Shown: piece after piece, positions 8,654-18,943 of the stretch | Layout: each line of letters begins with the position of its first letter | Position numbering within the stretch: the first letter of the stretch is position 1 | DNA from: Vulcanimicrobiota bacterium | GTDB taxonomy: Bacteria; Vulcanimicrobiota; Vulcanimicrobiia; Vulcanimicrobiales; Vulcanimicrobiaceae | Reading direction: 5' to 3' | NCBI GenBank assembly: GCA_963837195.1 | Contig: CAWIMO010000006.1 | Location: 526,798 to 590,797, forward strand | Length of the DNA: 64,000 nt | The notes under the pieces: model-generated | The model's database searches: none | What the model was told of the DNA's origin: nothing | What the model saw: the letters and a program-made list of their open reading frames with translations, nothing else | Program-made: the position numbers and the translations under genes

Positions 8654-9279
8654 CGCGCTTCCGCAAGAAGCATACCTTTCGCGTCATCGCCCATCGCCGC
8701 CATGAGGCACGAATTGCCGATCGGTTAAACTCAGTCACCGATCGCGCCGCGCTCGATGAAATCGAAGCCATCACCAATCCGCGCAGAAAGTTCCCCAGCG
8801 GCGCGGGCAACGAGATGATCATCGCGTCGTTCGCCTATTCCGGCAACAGCCGCTTCACCGACGGCAGCTACGGCGTCTACTACGCCGCTTTCGAACAACG
8901 CACTGCAATCGCCGAATCGGCCTATCATACCGCGCGCTTCCTCGCCTACACGCAGACGCGGCCGGCGCTGATCTACAAGCGCGTGCTCACCGCCGACATC
9001 AAAGGCACCTACGACGACCTACGCACAACGCCGGCGACCGATCCGATCTACGATCCGGATCCGGATCGCTACGCCGCCGCGCAAGCTTACGCGCTCGGGC
9101 TTTACGCGGCCAACGTGGTCGACGGCATCGTCTACCGTAGTGTCCGCGACGCACGCGGTACGTGCGCCGTGGCCTTCCGTCCGCACCTCATCTCCAACTG
9201 CCAGACGGCCGGGTTTCTCGCTTATACGTACGATGGTGCGCGCATCGATGAGATCTTCGCCCTCGAACCGGTCACTTGA
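8647..9279 (+). CDS. RES-domain toxin (MbcT/ParT-like NAD+-targeting family)
   Basis: RFTDGSYGVYYAAFEQRTAIAESAYH ... DGIVYRSVRDARGTCAVAFRP carry the R, E and S positions in the expected order. Confidence 0.8.
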   Translation: MVARFRKKHTFRVIAHRRHEARIADRLNSVTDRAALDEIEAITNPRRKFPSGAGNEMIIASFAYSGNSRFTDGSYGVYYAAFEQRTAIAESAYHTARFLAYTQTRPALIYKRVLTADIKGTYDDLRTTPATDPIYDPDPDRYAAAQAYALGLYAANVVDGIVYRSVRDARGTCAVAFRPHLISNCQTAGFLAYTYDGARIDEIFALEPVT

Positions 9280-9316
9280 CCGCTTGGCTGGCCAAGCTGA
9301 TTGACGCCTGTCCGAA

Positions 9317-11125
9317 ATGTGCATACTAATCGAGGCCCCAAAGGGGGAAGCCGGAGGCCTTTCATTGACCGAAACCGCGGAAACACGCGATCAAGCGCGG
9401 CTGAACTTGCTCGTTCGGGCCGGTGATATCTTTCACCAATCACTCGACGTGGTCGAGACCCTCAACAATGTTGCGCGGCTCGCCGTCGAATCGTTCGCCG
9501 ACCTCTGTCTATTCGATTTGCTCGACGATCGATCCGACCGGCTCTTCGTCACCGCGGCCGCGCATCACGATCGGCTCAAGGAAGAGGGCCTCGCCAACAT
9601 CTCGGGTCTGCTGTACATCGACGAATTCGGCGAGCATCCGGTCGTGCGCGTCACGCGCACCGGCGAGCCGTTCTTCTTACCCCACATCGACGACGCGACG
9701 CTGGTCGAGCACGCCGCCTCCCGGCAGCACGAGCAATACATGCGGCGTCTGGGCTACCGCTCGAAGATCGTCGTCCCCGTCATCGCGCAAAATCATATCT
9801 TCGGCGCCCTCACCTTTGCGCGGACGCGTGACGGCCACGACTTCGATCACAGCGATCTCTCCTTCGCCATCGAGTTGGGCCGTCGCGCCGGCCTCGCCGT
9901 CGCCAACGCAAAGCAGTTCCACCGCGAACAGTATGTCGCCGAGACGCTGCAGCGCTCGTTCCTGCCGCGGCGCTTCCCCTCGCCCGAGGGCATCGAACTC
10001 TCGGCACACTACCGCCCCGGCTCGACCGAGGCCGACATCGGCGGCGATTGGTACGACGCATTCCAGAACCTCGCCGGTGAAATTGTCGTCACCATCGGCG
10101 ACGTGACCGGCAAAGGGATCGAGGCGGCGCGTTTGATGGTGTTAATGCGTCAAGCAATTCGCGTGGCCGCGCTCGATTCGAACGATCCGCGCAAGATTGC
10201 CGACGTGTGTAACCGGCTGCTCCTCGCTGACGATGAAAACCGTTTGGCCAGCACGTTCATCGGCATCATCGACCCGGAGACGCGGCTGCTTCGCTACGTC
10301 TCGGCGGGTCATGCACCGCCGCTCTTACGCCTTCCCGACCGCACGGTGCAGTGGCTTGAGTGCCCATCGCCGCCGATCGGCGCCTTTCGCAACGTCGAGT
10401 TTGAGTTATACGAAGCGCAGTGCCCGGAACACAGTATGCTGGTCATGTATACCGACGGTATCACCGAAATCGCGCGCGACGTCGCCGCCGGCGAGGCCAT
10501 GATCGAGGCGGTGCTGCGCTCCGATGCGATCGCGCATGCGGCAAATCCGGCCGAGTTCGTCGAGCGCGCGATCGCCAATCTCGCGCCGCGCGACGATATC
10601 GCGATCATTGTGGTGCGCTTTTCGCAGAGCGCGATGCGCTGGCAGTTCGAAGCAGCCGATGTCCGCTCAGCCTACGCGATGCGCGATGAATTCTTCCAGA
10701 GTTTGTTGAGCTTATGCGAGCCCGACGACGAAGAGCTTGCGAACTGCGGCGTGATCTTTGCCGAAGTCATCGGGAATGCGGTCCGTCATGCGCCGGGACC
10801 GCTGAGCGTTTCGCTCGAGCTACGCGATGGTGCGCCCGTGCTGCACGTCATCGACCGCGGGCCCGGATTCACATTCCAACCGGTGCTGCCGGCCAATATC
10901 TGGTCCGAGTCGGGACGCGGGCTGTTTCTCATCTCGCAACTGGCGCGACGCGTCGACGTCGAACGGCTGCCCGGACTCGGCAGTCACGTCGTCGTGACCC
11001 TCCCGATCCCGAGCCGCCGCCGAGGGCAGCAGGAAGCACCATTGTCATCATTTGCTACGCTGGAACACGATGAAGGCGCATCTCGTCACACTTCGCGGGA
11101 ACTACGTACGACTCGAACCGCTTGA
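9317..11125 (+). CDS. GAF - PP2C (SpoIIE-type) phosphatase - HATPase_c (RsbW-like) fusion protein
   Basis: N-terminal GAF-like region; ETLQRSFLPRRFP...ADIGGDWYDAF...MYTDGITE (SpoIIE/PP2C); C-terminal FAEVIGNAVRHA...HVIDRGPGF...GRGLFLISQLA (ATPase). Confidence 0.8.
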   Translation: MCILIEAPKGEAGGLSLTETAETRDQARLNLLVRAGDIFHQSLDVVETLNNVARLAVESFADLCLFDLLDDRSDRLFVTAAAHHDRLKEEGLANISGLLYIDEFGEHPVVRVTRTGEPFFLPHIDDATLVEHAASRQHEQYMRRLGYRSKIVVPVIAQNHIFGALTFARTRDGHDFDHSDLSFAIELGRRAGLAVANAKQFHREQYVAETLQRSFLPRRFPSPEGIELSAHYRPGSTEADIGGDWYDAFQNLAGEIVVTIGDVTGKGIEAARLMVLMRQAIRVAALDSNDPRKIADVCNRLLLADDENRLASTFIGIIDPETRLLRYVSAGHAPPLLRLPDRTVQWLECPSPPIGAFRNVEFELYEAQCPEHSMLVMYTDGITEIARDVAAGEAMIEAVLRSDAIAHAANPAEFVERAIANLAPRDDIAIIVVRFSQSAMRWQFEAADVRSAYAMRDEFFQSLLSLCEPDDEELANCGVIFAEVIGNAVRHAPGPLSVSLELRDGAPVLHVIDRGPGFTFQPVLPANIWSESGRGLFLISQLARRVDVERLPGLGSHVVVTLPIPSRRRGQQEAPLSSFATLEHDEGASRHTSRELRTTRTA

Positions 11126-11243
11126 TACCGCGCGAACGTGCGCGCACCTCGCCACTTTTTTGGCATAGCAGGTAGCTCGGCTGCTCCCTTTGGCCCGTAG
11201 TCGATAGGCACTTTTGCCCAGCAGGTAAGATGATCAGGGTTCT

Positions 11244-11495
11244 TTGCCTAAGTATAGTGTCATGACGAAAATCGAATCCTCGCTAAGCCCGGCAGAACGT
11301 GGTGTGCTGCAAAAACTTCTGGACGGACTTCGCAATCAAGATATTGCTGCGCGGCTCCGACTTTCCGACAAGACGGTGAAGAATCACATCTCGCACATCT
11401 TGCGCAAAACCGGAACTTCGTCGCGTCTCGAGTTGACGATTAAGGTCTACAAGCAGCGCGAGCGCGAATTGCGCCGCCGGCTCACGGCCGCCTAA
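11244..11495 (+). CDS. LuxR/GerE-family HTH regulator (stand-alone DNA-binding domain)
   Basis: LSPAERGVLQKLLDGLRNQDIAARLRLSDKTVKNHISHILRKTGTSSRLEL. The start may be ATG 11262. Confidence 0.8.
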   Translation: MPKYSVMTKIESSLSPAERGVLQKLLDGLRNQDIAARLRLSDKTVKNHISHILRKTGTSSRLELTIKVYKQRERELRRRLTAA

Positions 11496-11609
11496 AGGCA
11501 CAAGCCCCTCGGAAGACCGGCCCGGGCCAAAGGGCGCAAGGGAGCGGCCGTTGCCGTAAAGGAAGTAGGGTCATCGAAACCTACCCGCTCTCTTGAGAAC
11601 GGCGACTGC

Positions 11610-13892
11610 ATGCGCATTCGGTTGGTCTGGGTGCTTTTTTCCTTGGGGGTGATCGTCGCCGGGTGCGGGGGCGGCGGCGGGTCCGGACTGGTCCCGACCG
11701 TCGGGAATCCGGGCGGCGGCAACACCGCGCCAACAAGCCGCGAAATTACGCACGCGAACATCACGCTCTACGTTCCCCCTACGAGCAAACAGGCGTCGTC
11801 GTCGCGCAAGCCCTTCTACATCTCTTCGAATACCCAAGCGTTCGGCATCGTCGTCGTCCCGTATCCGTCGACGATCCCATCTCCGCTGCCCACGACCAAC
11901 ATGCAGATCTTTCCGGTCGTGACGCCGAGCCCGTGCGCGATTGCGAGCGGCGGCGGTGAGAGCTGCAATTTCACCGTGACCGCGCCGATCGGCACGGATC
12001 TCTTCATCGTCGCTGCTTTCGCGACGTCGGCACCCAACGGCAACACCACGCCGCTCTCGATGGTCGTGTCCCAACCCGTCACCGTAAGCGCAAGTAGCGC
12101 GCCGATCAGCTTCACGCTCAACGGCGTCGTGCAGAGCGTCGCGGTCACGGTTGCTAGCCCCGATCCGGGAAATACGCCGAATACGCAAGTCTTCACCGTG
12201 GGCGTTCCGACGTCGGCACCCATCGCTGTCACAGCCTACGACGCGTCCGGCAATATGGTGATGAGCGATCCCACGTTGCCGTATTACAATGCGATCGTCA
12301 TCAAAGCGTCGCCCGCGTCCGACGGCCTCACGCTTTCACTCACCTCGAGTTCCGCATGCAGCAGCAGCGCATCCGGTGCGACGGCCACGATCGACTGCGC
12401 CGGCGATCTCAACGATGTAAAAGTGTCCTACGACGGCACCCCGCGCCCCGACGCGAACGACCACCTCATCGATAACTACTCCGTCACCGCGCCGAATCCA
12501 ACAGCGTCGCCCGCCAACTACGTGCTCGCGAGCAACATCGAATCGTACCCGCTCGTCATCGGCGGCGGTGACGTGTACAGCGCCTATATCGGGCGCGAAG
12601 CCACCGGACCGTTTTGGTTCGCCTCTTACATAGGAAGCGGTTGGATCACCGGCACGTTTGACCCCAGCACCGCGACCGCCGGCGCACAAGGCTCGCTCTT
12701 GGACATCGGGTCCACGGTGGAGGGCGTCGCCATGGCGCCTAACGGCAATCTGTGGGTGAACGACTACGGACCACTGGCATGCTACGCCTCCATTGCGGGC
12801 GGCACACCGATCGTGAACGGCCTCTACCCGTGGACGTCCGGCGGCGACGAAATATATCCGTTCGGCATCACCTTCGACACGAGCGGCAACTTGTGGTACG
12901 TCGGATACGACGTGGAATACGATGGTCCGCCGCCGTCGTACGTCGGCTATGTTAACGCATCAGCGAACTGCGCCCCGAGTCCCAGTTCGCCGACCGCACA
13001 ATTCACCCTCAATGGCGATATTGAGGAACAAAGCACCAACATCACCCCGCTTGCCGCCGGCAACGGCGTAGCGATCGTGTCGTACAGCCCGTACGACATG
13101 CCCAACCCGCTGTTCTTAGTCACGACCAGCAGCCCCGCGACGGTCTCCGGATATCCCTCCGTGCTTAGTGGCTCGTACCAATACGGCGCGGGCGTCGCGG
13201 TCGATGGCGCCGGAAACGCGTACGGCATGTTCTATAACACCGGTGGCCCCGCAGCTGACGTCGAGAAACTTGCGTCCGGCGGAAGTGCACTCACATCGCT
13301 GCTCTTGCTTCCGCCGGTACCGGCAACGCCTGCGCCGGCAGCGCAGCCGACCGGCTTGCAGGCGTTCTCGCCAAATGGCGGTGCCGCCGACCGCATGGAG
13401 TATGTCGACACCAATTACCAAGCGCTCGGACTGATCGAGTCGATCCCCGCATCCCCAATGCCGATCCTCGTTTCGCTGCCGAATTCCGCCGACGCATTCC
13501 AAGCGGCGTACAACGGCAACGGTGGCGAGTACGTGCTCGATATGGATGCAAGCGAGAATCTCAACATCGTTCGCGTGATGCCGACCAAGACGTGGTCGGT
13601 CCCCAACGTTTCGCTCAACTCGGCCTGCGGTTCGACCGCGCTGCTTACCATTCTGGAACGCGGCGACTCCGGTCCGTTCACGGTGAGCATTCCTCCAACA
13701 AGCGGCGTTACGGCGACGCAGTTGCCGGGCGCCGATCACGACTTCTGGCTTTCGGTTCCAAACGCGGGTTCATCGTTTACTGCCACCGTGACCGATGCGC
13801 ACGGGCGGCAAGAGAATTTCAACGTCACGTCGGCTCCAAGCGTCGTCACCTGCGGCGCCGCACATCGGCGGCTCACAAAGCACCACATCTAG
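11610..13892 (+). CDS. Large lipoprotein, paralog 1 of a tandem triplet
   Basis: Lipobox VIVAGC followed by a Gly-rich linker; shared motifs TPSPC, VTAPIGTD, SPDPGNTP, GNLWYVGYD. Confidence 0.8.
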   Translation: MRIRLVWVLFSLGVIVAGCGGGGGSGLVPTVGNPGGGNTAPTSREITHANITLYVPPTSKQASSSRKPFYISSNTQAFGIVVVPYPSTIPSPLPTTNMQIFPVVTPSPCAIASGGGESCNFTVTAPIGTDLFIVAAFATSAPNGNTTPLSMVVSQPVTVSASSAPISFTLNGVVQSVAVTVASPDPGNTPNTQVFTVGVPTSAPIAVTAYDASGNMVMSDPTLPYYNAIVIKASPASDGLTLSLTSSSACSSSASGATATIDCAGDLNDVKVSYDGTPRPDANDHLIDNYSVTAPNPTASPANYVLASNIESYPLVIGGGDVYSAYIGREATGPFWFASYIGSGWITGTFDPSTATAGAQGSLLDIGSTVEGVAMAPNGNLWVNDYGPLACYASIAGGTPIVNGLYPWTSGGDEIYPFGITFDTSGNLWYVGYDVEYDGPPPSYVGYVNASANCAPSPSSPTAQFTLNGDIEEQSTNITPLAAGNGVAIVSYSPYDMPNPLFLVTTSSPATVSGYPSVLSGSYQYGAGVAVDGAGNAYGMFYNTGGPAADVEKLASGGSALTSLLLLPPVPATPAPAAQPTGLQAFSPNGGAADRMEYVDTNYQALGLIESIPASPMPILVSLPNSADAFQAAYNGNGGEYVLDMDASENLNIVRVMPTKTWSVPNVSLNSACGSTALLTILERGDSGPFTVSIPPTSGVTATQLPGADHDFWLSVPNAGSSFTATVTDAHGRQENFNVTSAPSVVTCGAAHRRLTKHHI

Positions 13893-13901
13893 GAGGGCGC
13901 A

Positions 13902-16133
13902 ATGCGTACTCTATTGGCCGGTTCTCTCTTTGCACTCGCGATTCTCGTTGCCGCCTGCGGCGGCGGCGGAAAATCCGGCGTGGTGCCGACCCTCGGCGGT
14001 AATTCGGGCGGCGGAAGTCAGTCCAACGCAAAGACCACCAACGCCGTCATCGTGCTGAACATTCCGGCGCCGAACCGGCAAGTATCGCGCCGGCCGTTCT
14101 ACGTCTCGCCCGGTACGCAGTCGCTCGGCGTGCTCGTGGTCCCGGCGACGTCAACGGAGACGCCTACGCCCACCAATCTGACGATCTTTCCGGTCGCCAC
14201 GCCCAGTCCGTGCGCCGCTGCAAGCGGCGGGGGCTACACCTGCACGCTCAACGTTACGGCGCCGATCGGCACCGATAATTTCTTCGTCGGTGCGTTTGCG
14301 ACCGCCAGCCCTAATGCGAATGCGGTCCCGCTTTCACAGTATGAAGCACTCGGCATCACCGTAAGCGCAAGTTCAGGCTCAACGCCGCTCACCTTCACGC
14401 TCGACGGCGTCGTGTATAAGGTACAGCTCAGCGTGCCGAGCCCTGATCCCGGCAACACGCCCTACACAGAAGTTTTCCCGGCCGCCGTCGCAGCCGGACC
14501 GTTGCCGCTCGACATCACGGCCTACGATTCGAGCAACACGCCGATTCTCACCAACGTCACCAACACGTTTGCCACCCCGATCGCGATCGGCTCCCCGTCA
14601 CCCGGCGGCGATGGCGTCACGCTCTCACTCAACGGTGCGACGTGCAGCACCATCACTAACGGTGCCGTCTCGGTCGGCTGCGCCGCCGACCTCAACAAGG
14701 TGCAATTCGCGTACGACGGCACGACGACACCGGACACGAACGATCACGTCATCGATACCTTCACCATCGCCACGACGACGCAACAGGGAAACCCCACGCC
14801 GTCGCCGGCCTACGTCGTGCTCTCGAGCAATGTCATTCCGTATCAAATTCCGCTGGGCGGCGATTACGCTGAGAACGCGTTTCTTCTTACCCAGTCCTCG
14901 GGACAGCTGCTCTACGTCGTGAACATCGGCGAGGGCGGCCTCATTGGAACGTTCACGCCATCCACTGCGGCGCTCTCGGCGCCGGTCACCTTGAACGGCG
15001 TCGAGGACCCCAGCAACATGGCGGTCGCACCGAACGGCGCGTTCTTCGTCGTCGACAGCGAATCGACCATCGATTGTTGGAGTACGGCATCGAGCGCGGT
15101 CTCGGGCGCTGCACCATCGGCGTCATTTAGTCCGCCGCCCGATCCGGATGACTACGTGCCCGGCGTCTACGCCCTCACCGTCGACAGCGCGAACAATGTC
15201 TGGATCGTCGGCTACGACTATGAAGGCGAAACCTACCAGGAATACGCAACGTACTTTCCGGCCGCGGGCGCCTGTAGCGGCTCGCCGGTGTTCGGCGCGT
15301 ACATCACGCTCAACGGCGACAGCAACGACGAGGGCAATTTCATCACGCCGCTCAGCAGCGGCGGCATGGCCTACGCATCGGGCGATGGCGACGGACTCTA
15401 CACGGCAACGACCGCAAACGCCGGCGGCAGCGTCAACAGCATCACCCCGGCGCTGGGTTCCGGCTCCTACAGCGGCGGCGTGGGAACCGGCGCCAACGGA
15501 ACCGTCTATGCGCCCTTCTATAGTTACGAGACCGGCACCGGCGACATGGAGACGATGCCGTCAGGAGGCTCGTCGCTCAGCTCGCTGCTCTCGCTCGTTC
15601 CCACGTCAGCGGTGAACGGCTACGGCCCCGAACCCGACGGCCTTTCGGTCTTCTCGCTCAACGGCGTACCCGATCGCATCTCCTACGTCGACAACGAGTT
15701 CTACGCGCTCGGCGTGGTGGGAAACCTCACGACGACGCCCACAACGATGCTGATCTCGCTGCCCAACGTCTACAATGTGTATCAAACCACGCACAACAGC
15801 AAGGGCGGCGAGTACATCATCTACGAGGACAGCAACGGTTACATGTATCTCACGCGCTCGATCCAAACCACGACGTGGAATGTTCCCGTGACGTCGATCG
15901 GGACCGGCGAATGCGGAGAAACCCCAGTGTTGAGCATCAACCAGCGCGCACCCTCCGCCGGGCCGTTTACACTCGGTTTCCCGGACGGCGGATCGGCCGC
16001 CCCGATGCCCGGTGCGAACAACGATCAGGTGCTCTCGCCGCCCGGATCGGGGCCATTCCCCGTCACCGTCACCGACGCCGGCGGTCGCACCGAAACCTAC
16101 AGCATAACCGTTACGAATAACGAGGGCTGCTAA
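13902..16133 (+). CDS. Large lipoprotein, paralog 2
   Basis: Lipobox LVAACGGGGKSG; GGAGGG SD 9 nt after the upstream stop; the same motif set as paralog 1. Confidence 0.8.
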   Translation: MRTLLAGSLFALAILVAACGGGGKSGVVPTLGGNSGGGSQSNAKTTNAVIVLNIPAPNRQVSRRPFYVSPGTQSLGVLVVPATSTETPTPTNLTIFPVATPSPCAAASGGGYTCTLNVTAPIGTDNFFVGAFATASPNANAVPLSQYEALGITVSASSGSTPLTFTLDGVVYKVQLSVPSPDPGNTPYTEVFPAAVAAGPLPLDITAYDSSNTPILTNVTNTFATPIAIGSPSPGGDGVTLSLNGATCSTITNGAVSVGCAADLNKVQFAYDGTTTPDTNDHVIDTFTIATTTQQGNPTPSPAYVVLSSNVIPYQIPLGGDYAENAFLLTQSSGQLLYVVNIGEGGLIGTFTPSTAALSAPVTLNGVEDPSNMAVAPNGAFFVVDSESTIDCWSTASSAVSGAAPSASFSPPPDPDDYVPGVYALTVDSANNVWIVGYDYEGETYQEYATYFPAAGACSGSPVFGAYITLNGDSNDEGNFITPLSSGGMAYASGDGDGLYTATTANAGGSVNSITPALGSGSYSGGVGTGANGTVYAPFYSYETGTGDMETMPSGGSSLSSLLSLVPTSAVNGYGPEPDGLSVFSLNGVPDRISYVDNEFYALGVVGNLTTTPTTMLISLPNVYNVYQTTHNSKGGEYIIYEDSNGYMYLTRSIQTTTWNVPVTSIGTGECGETPVLSINQRAPSAGPFTLGFPDGGSAAPMPGANNDQVLSPPGSGPFPVTVTDAGGRTETYSITVTNNEGC

Positions 16134-16135
16134 TC

Positions 16136-18507
16136 ATGACGATGCGACTTCGACTAGCGTTCGCGCTTTTTGCACTCGCGGTGTTCGGCGCAGCGTGCGG
16201 TGGCGGCGGAAAATCCGGCGTGATTCCAAGCGGCGGTAATCCGGGCGGCAACCTGCCGTCGTCGGCAAAAACCACCAACGCGGTCCTCGTGCTGAACATT
16301 CCGGCGCCGAACCGGCAAGTGTCGCGCCGGCCTTTCTACGTCTCGCCCGGTACGCAATCGCTCGGCGTGCTCGTGGTCCCGGCAACGTCAACGTGAAACG
16401 CCTACGACCGCTGAATCTGACGATCTTTCCGGTTGCCACGCCCAGCCCGTGCGCTGCTGCGAGCGCCGGCGGCTACACCTGCACGCTCAATGTCACCGCG
16501 CCGATCGGCAACGACAATTTCTTCGTCGCCGCGTTTGCGACCGCAAGCCCGAACGCCAACGCCGTCCCGCTTTCAGAGTACATCGCGCTCGGGATCACTG
16601 TGAGTGCGAGCTCCGGCACGACACCGATCACTTTCACGCTCGACGGCGTCGTGTATAAGGTGCAACTCAGCGTACCGAGTCCCGATCCCGGCAACACGCC
16701 CTTCACGCAAGTCGTTCCAGCCGGCGTCGCGGCCGGGCCGCTGCCGCTTGAAATCACGGCCTACGATTCGAGCAACACGCCGATTCTCACCAACGTCACC
16801 AACACGTTTGCAAATCCGATCGTGATCGGCTCGCCTTCACCCGGCGGCGACGGCGTCAGCCTGTCGCTGAGCGGTGCGACGTGCAGTACCATCGCCAACG
16901 GTGCCGTCTCGATCGGCTGCGCCGCCGATCTCAATCACGTCCAATTCTCCGTCGACGGCACACCGCGCCCCGACGCAAGCGATCACATCATCGATACCTT
17001 CACCATTGCGACGACGACGCAACAGGGAAACCCCACGCCGTCGCCCGCGCATGTCGTGCTCTCGAGCAACGTGTTGAGTTGGGGGCTTGGGCTCAACGAC
17101 AACCAAATCTACAACGGCCAGCTCGTACGCAACCCTACCACGGGTCAACTCGTCTACATCGCTGCCGACGGCGAGGGCAACAACTACGTCGGCACCTTCG
17201 ATCCGTCGACGCTGACCGTGGGAAGCTATGGCTCGCTCACCGCGGACGTGGGCTACGCAGCCGGCTTCGCGCTCGATTCGAGCGGCACGTTCTGGCTCGC
17301 CGATTCGGGCCAGGGTGTCCTCGATTGCTGGCCCTCGGTTACGAGCGCGGTCTCCGGCGCGGCACCAACCGTGGTCGACATCGTCCCGTACACGCCGGGC
17401 GGCGACGAAATCTACGTCACCAGTGTTGCGGTGGACGCAGCCAACAACATCTGGTACGTCGGATACGATTCCGGCGAATGCGAGGATTGCGGCCTGCGCC
17501 ACCGCAACCTCATTCCGTCAACATCTCCTGACTACAGCTATGCCGGCTATCTTCCCGCGACTGCCTGCAACGACACGGTGAATACGGCGCCCACCGCAAC
17601 CGCATACTTGACCAACGACAAGTACGACTACGTGCCGTTCATCGCACCGCTCAACAGTGCGAGCGGCGACGGCGTCTTCGTCAGCTCCTACACGGGGTCC
17701 GGGACGTACGTGATTACCACGTCGAGCACTACCGTCAATCCGGTGACGTCGCAACTCGGCGGCGGCGACGCTGATAGCTACGGCGCTGCGGTCGACGGCG
17801 CCGGCACGGCCTATGCCGCATTCTTGTCGGAGCCAAGTGCTGACATCGAGAGTATGCCGGTGAGCGGCTCGGCCTTTAGCACGCTGTTGGGCCTTCCGCC
17901 CACCACATCGGGATCGTTCCCCAGTCCGGAACCGTGGGGCATCGACGCGTTCTCTCCGACCGGTGGCGCGGCCGACCGGATCGACTATGCCGACGAAGAC
18001 TACGAGGCACTGGGACTGGTCGAAGACGTACCGGCGTCGCCGATGCCGTTGCTCGCAACGGTTCCGAACGCGGACTACACGTTGTGGGCGACGCACTCGA
18101 GCCAGGGCGGAGAATACATGCTCTACCTCGACAACTCCGGGAACCTCGATCTCGCGCGCGTCATTCCGACGACCACGTGGTCGGTTCCCGTCGCGCAACT
18201 CGGCGCGCTCGAATGCGGGGGCGACTACTTCCTTCTAAGTATCGTCGAACGCGGCAATAGCGCGCCGTTCAATGTCTCCTACTCGCCGGCAGCGGAGAGT
18301 AGTACGGCGCTGCCCGGGTCCGCCCACAACTATTGGCTGGAGACGACGGGCAACTTTACGGCGACCGTCACCGACAACAACGGCCGCACGGAAAGCTACC
18401 CGATCGCGGTCTCGACCTTCCCGCCCGAGGAATGTGGCGCGGCCCATCGCCCGCTGCGCCACGGCCCGCGGGTACTCCCTCATTTGATGGGTAAGAGAAC
18501 GCCATGA
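16136..18507 (+). pseudogene. Large lipoprotein, paralog 3, split into 16136-16396 and 16393-18507 by a +2 frame change
   Basis: The 5' part is near-identical to paralog 2. At 16386-16420, tgaaacgcctacgaccgctgaatctg versus gagacgcctacgcccaccaatctg shows two separate 1-nt insertions and an in-frame TGA. Confidence 0.75.
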
Positions 18508-18878
18508 AACAGCTCGCTCTCTTCGCGCTCGCCCTCGCCCTGGTGACGCCCGCTGTGGCCGGCGCGCAAACTCTCGCGCAGAACGCCAACACGCGCCAAG
18601 CGATTTTGGAAGTCGAATATCAGCTGCTCCAACCCGGCGTTGCCCCCGATCGCGTCGCTGCACTTCAGGCGCGAGCCGCGCAGCTCCAAGCCCAAGCCAA
18701 CGGCAGCGACTTTCCAACCGCGACGATCCCGCAGTGGGGTTCGTGCGACGCCAATAATGGCCTCATCGCCTATCTGCAAAACCAGCTCGAAACCAGCGAT
18801 CTCGACTACCAGCAAACGGTGATCGACCACCGCGCGATTTACGATCTGAGTGTGAACCTCAAACAACGCGGCTGCTAG
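18504..18878 (+). CDS. Small secreted protein, last gene of the lipoprotein operon
   Basis: ATGA overlap with the upstream gene; signal peptide MKQLALFALALALVTPAVAGAQT. Confidence 0.6.
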   Translation: MKQLALFALALALVTPAVAGAQTLAQNANTRQAILEVEYQLLQPGVAPDRVAALQARAAQLQAQANGSDFPTATIPQWGSCDANNGLIAYLQNQLETSDLDYQQTVIDHRAIYDLSVNLKQRGC

Positions 18879-18883
18879 CCCCC

Positions 18884-18930
18884 TTTGTCATGCCGAGCGT
18901 AGTGAGCGGAGCGAAGCATAGTCGAGGGAC
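18884..18930 (+). repeat. Dispersed repeat unit (variant)
   Basis: tttgtcatgccgagcgtagtgagcggagcgaagcatagtcgagggac. Confidence 0.8.
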
Positions 18931-18943
18931 CGAAAGGAGCTCC

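Noticed and set aside
11161-11230. Sigma-54 type promoter (TGGCAT...GTAGC and GGCACTTTTGCC) and repeated AGCAGGTA motifs upstream of the LuxR gene
   Set aside because: The GG-to-GC spacing is wrong (off by 1 and by 3 nt) in both candidates. Two copies of an 8-mer 53 nt apart are insufficient evidence for an operator.
11244-11262. TATAGT -10 element for a leaderless LuxR transcript starting at ATG 11262
   Set aside because: Only 3 nt separate the hexamer from the ATG, too close for a transcription start. The start codon choice is left open.
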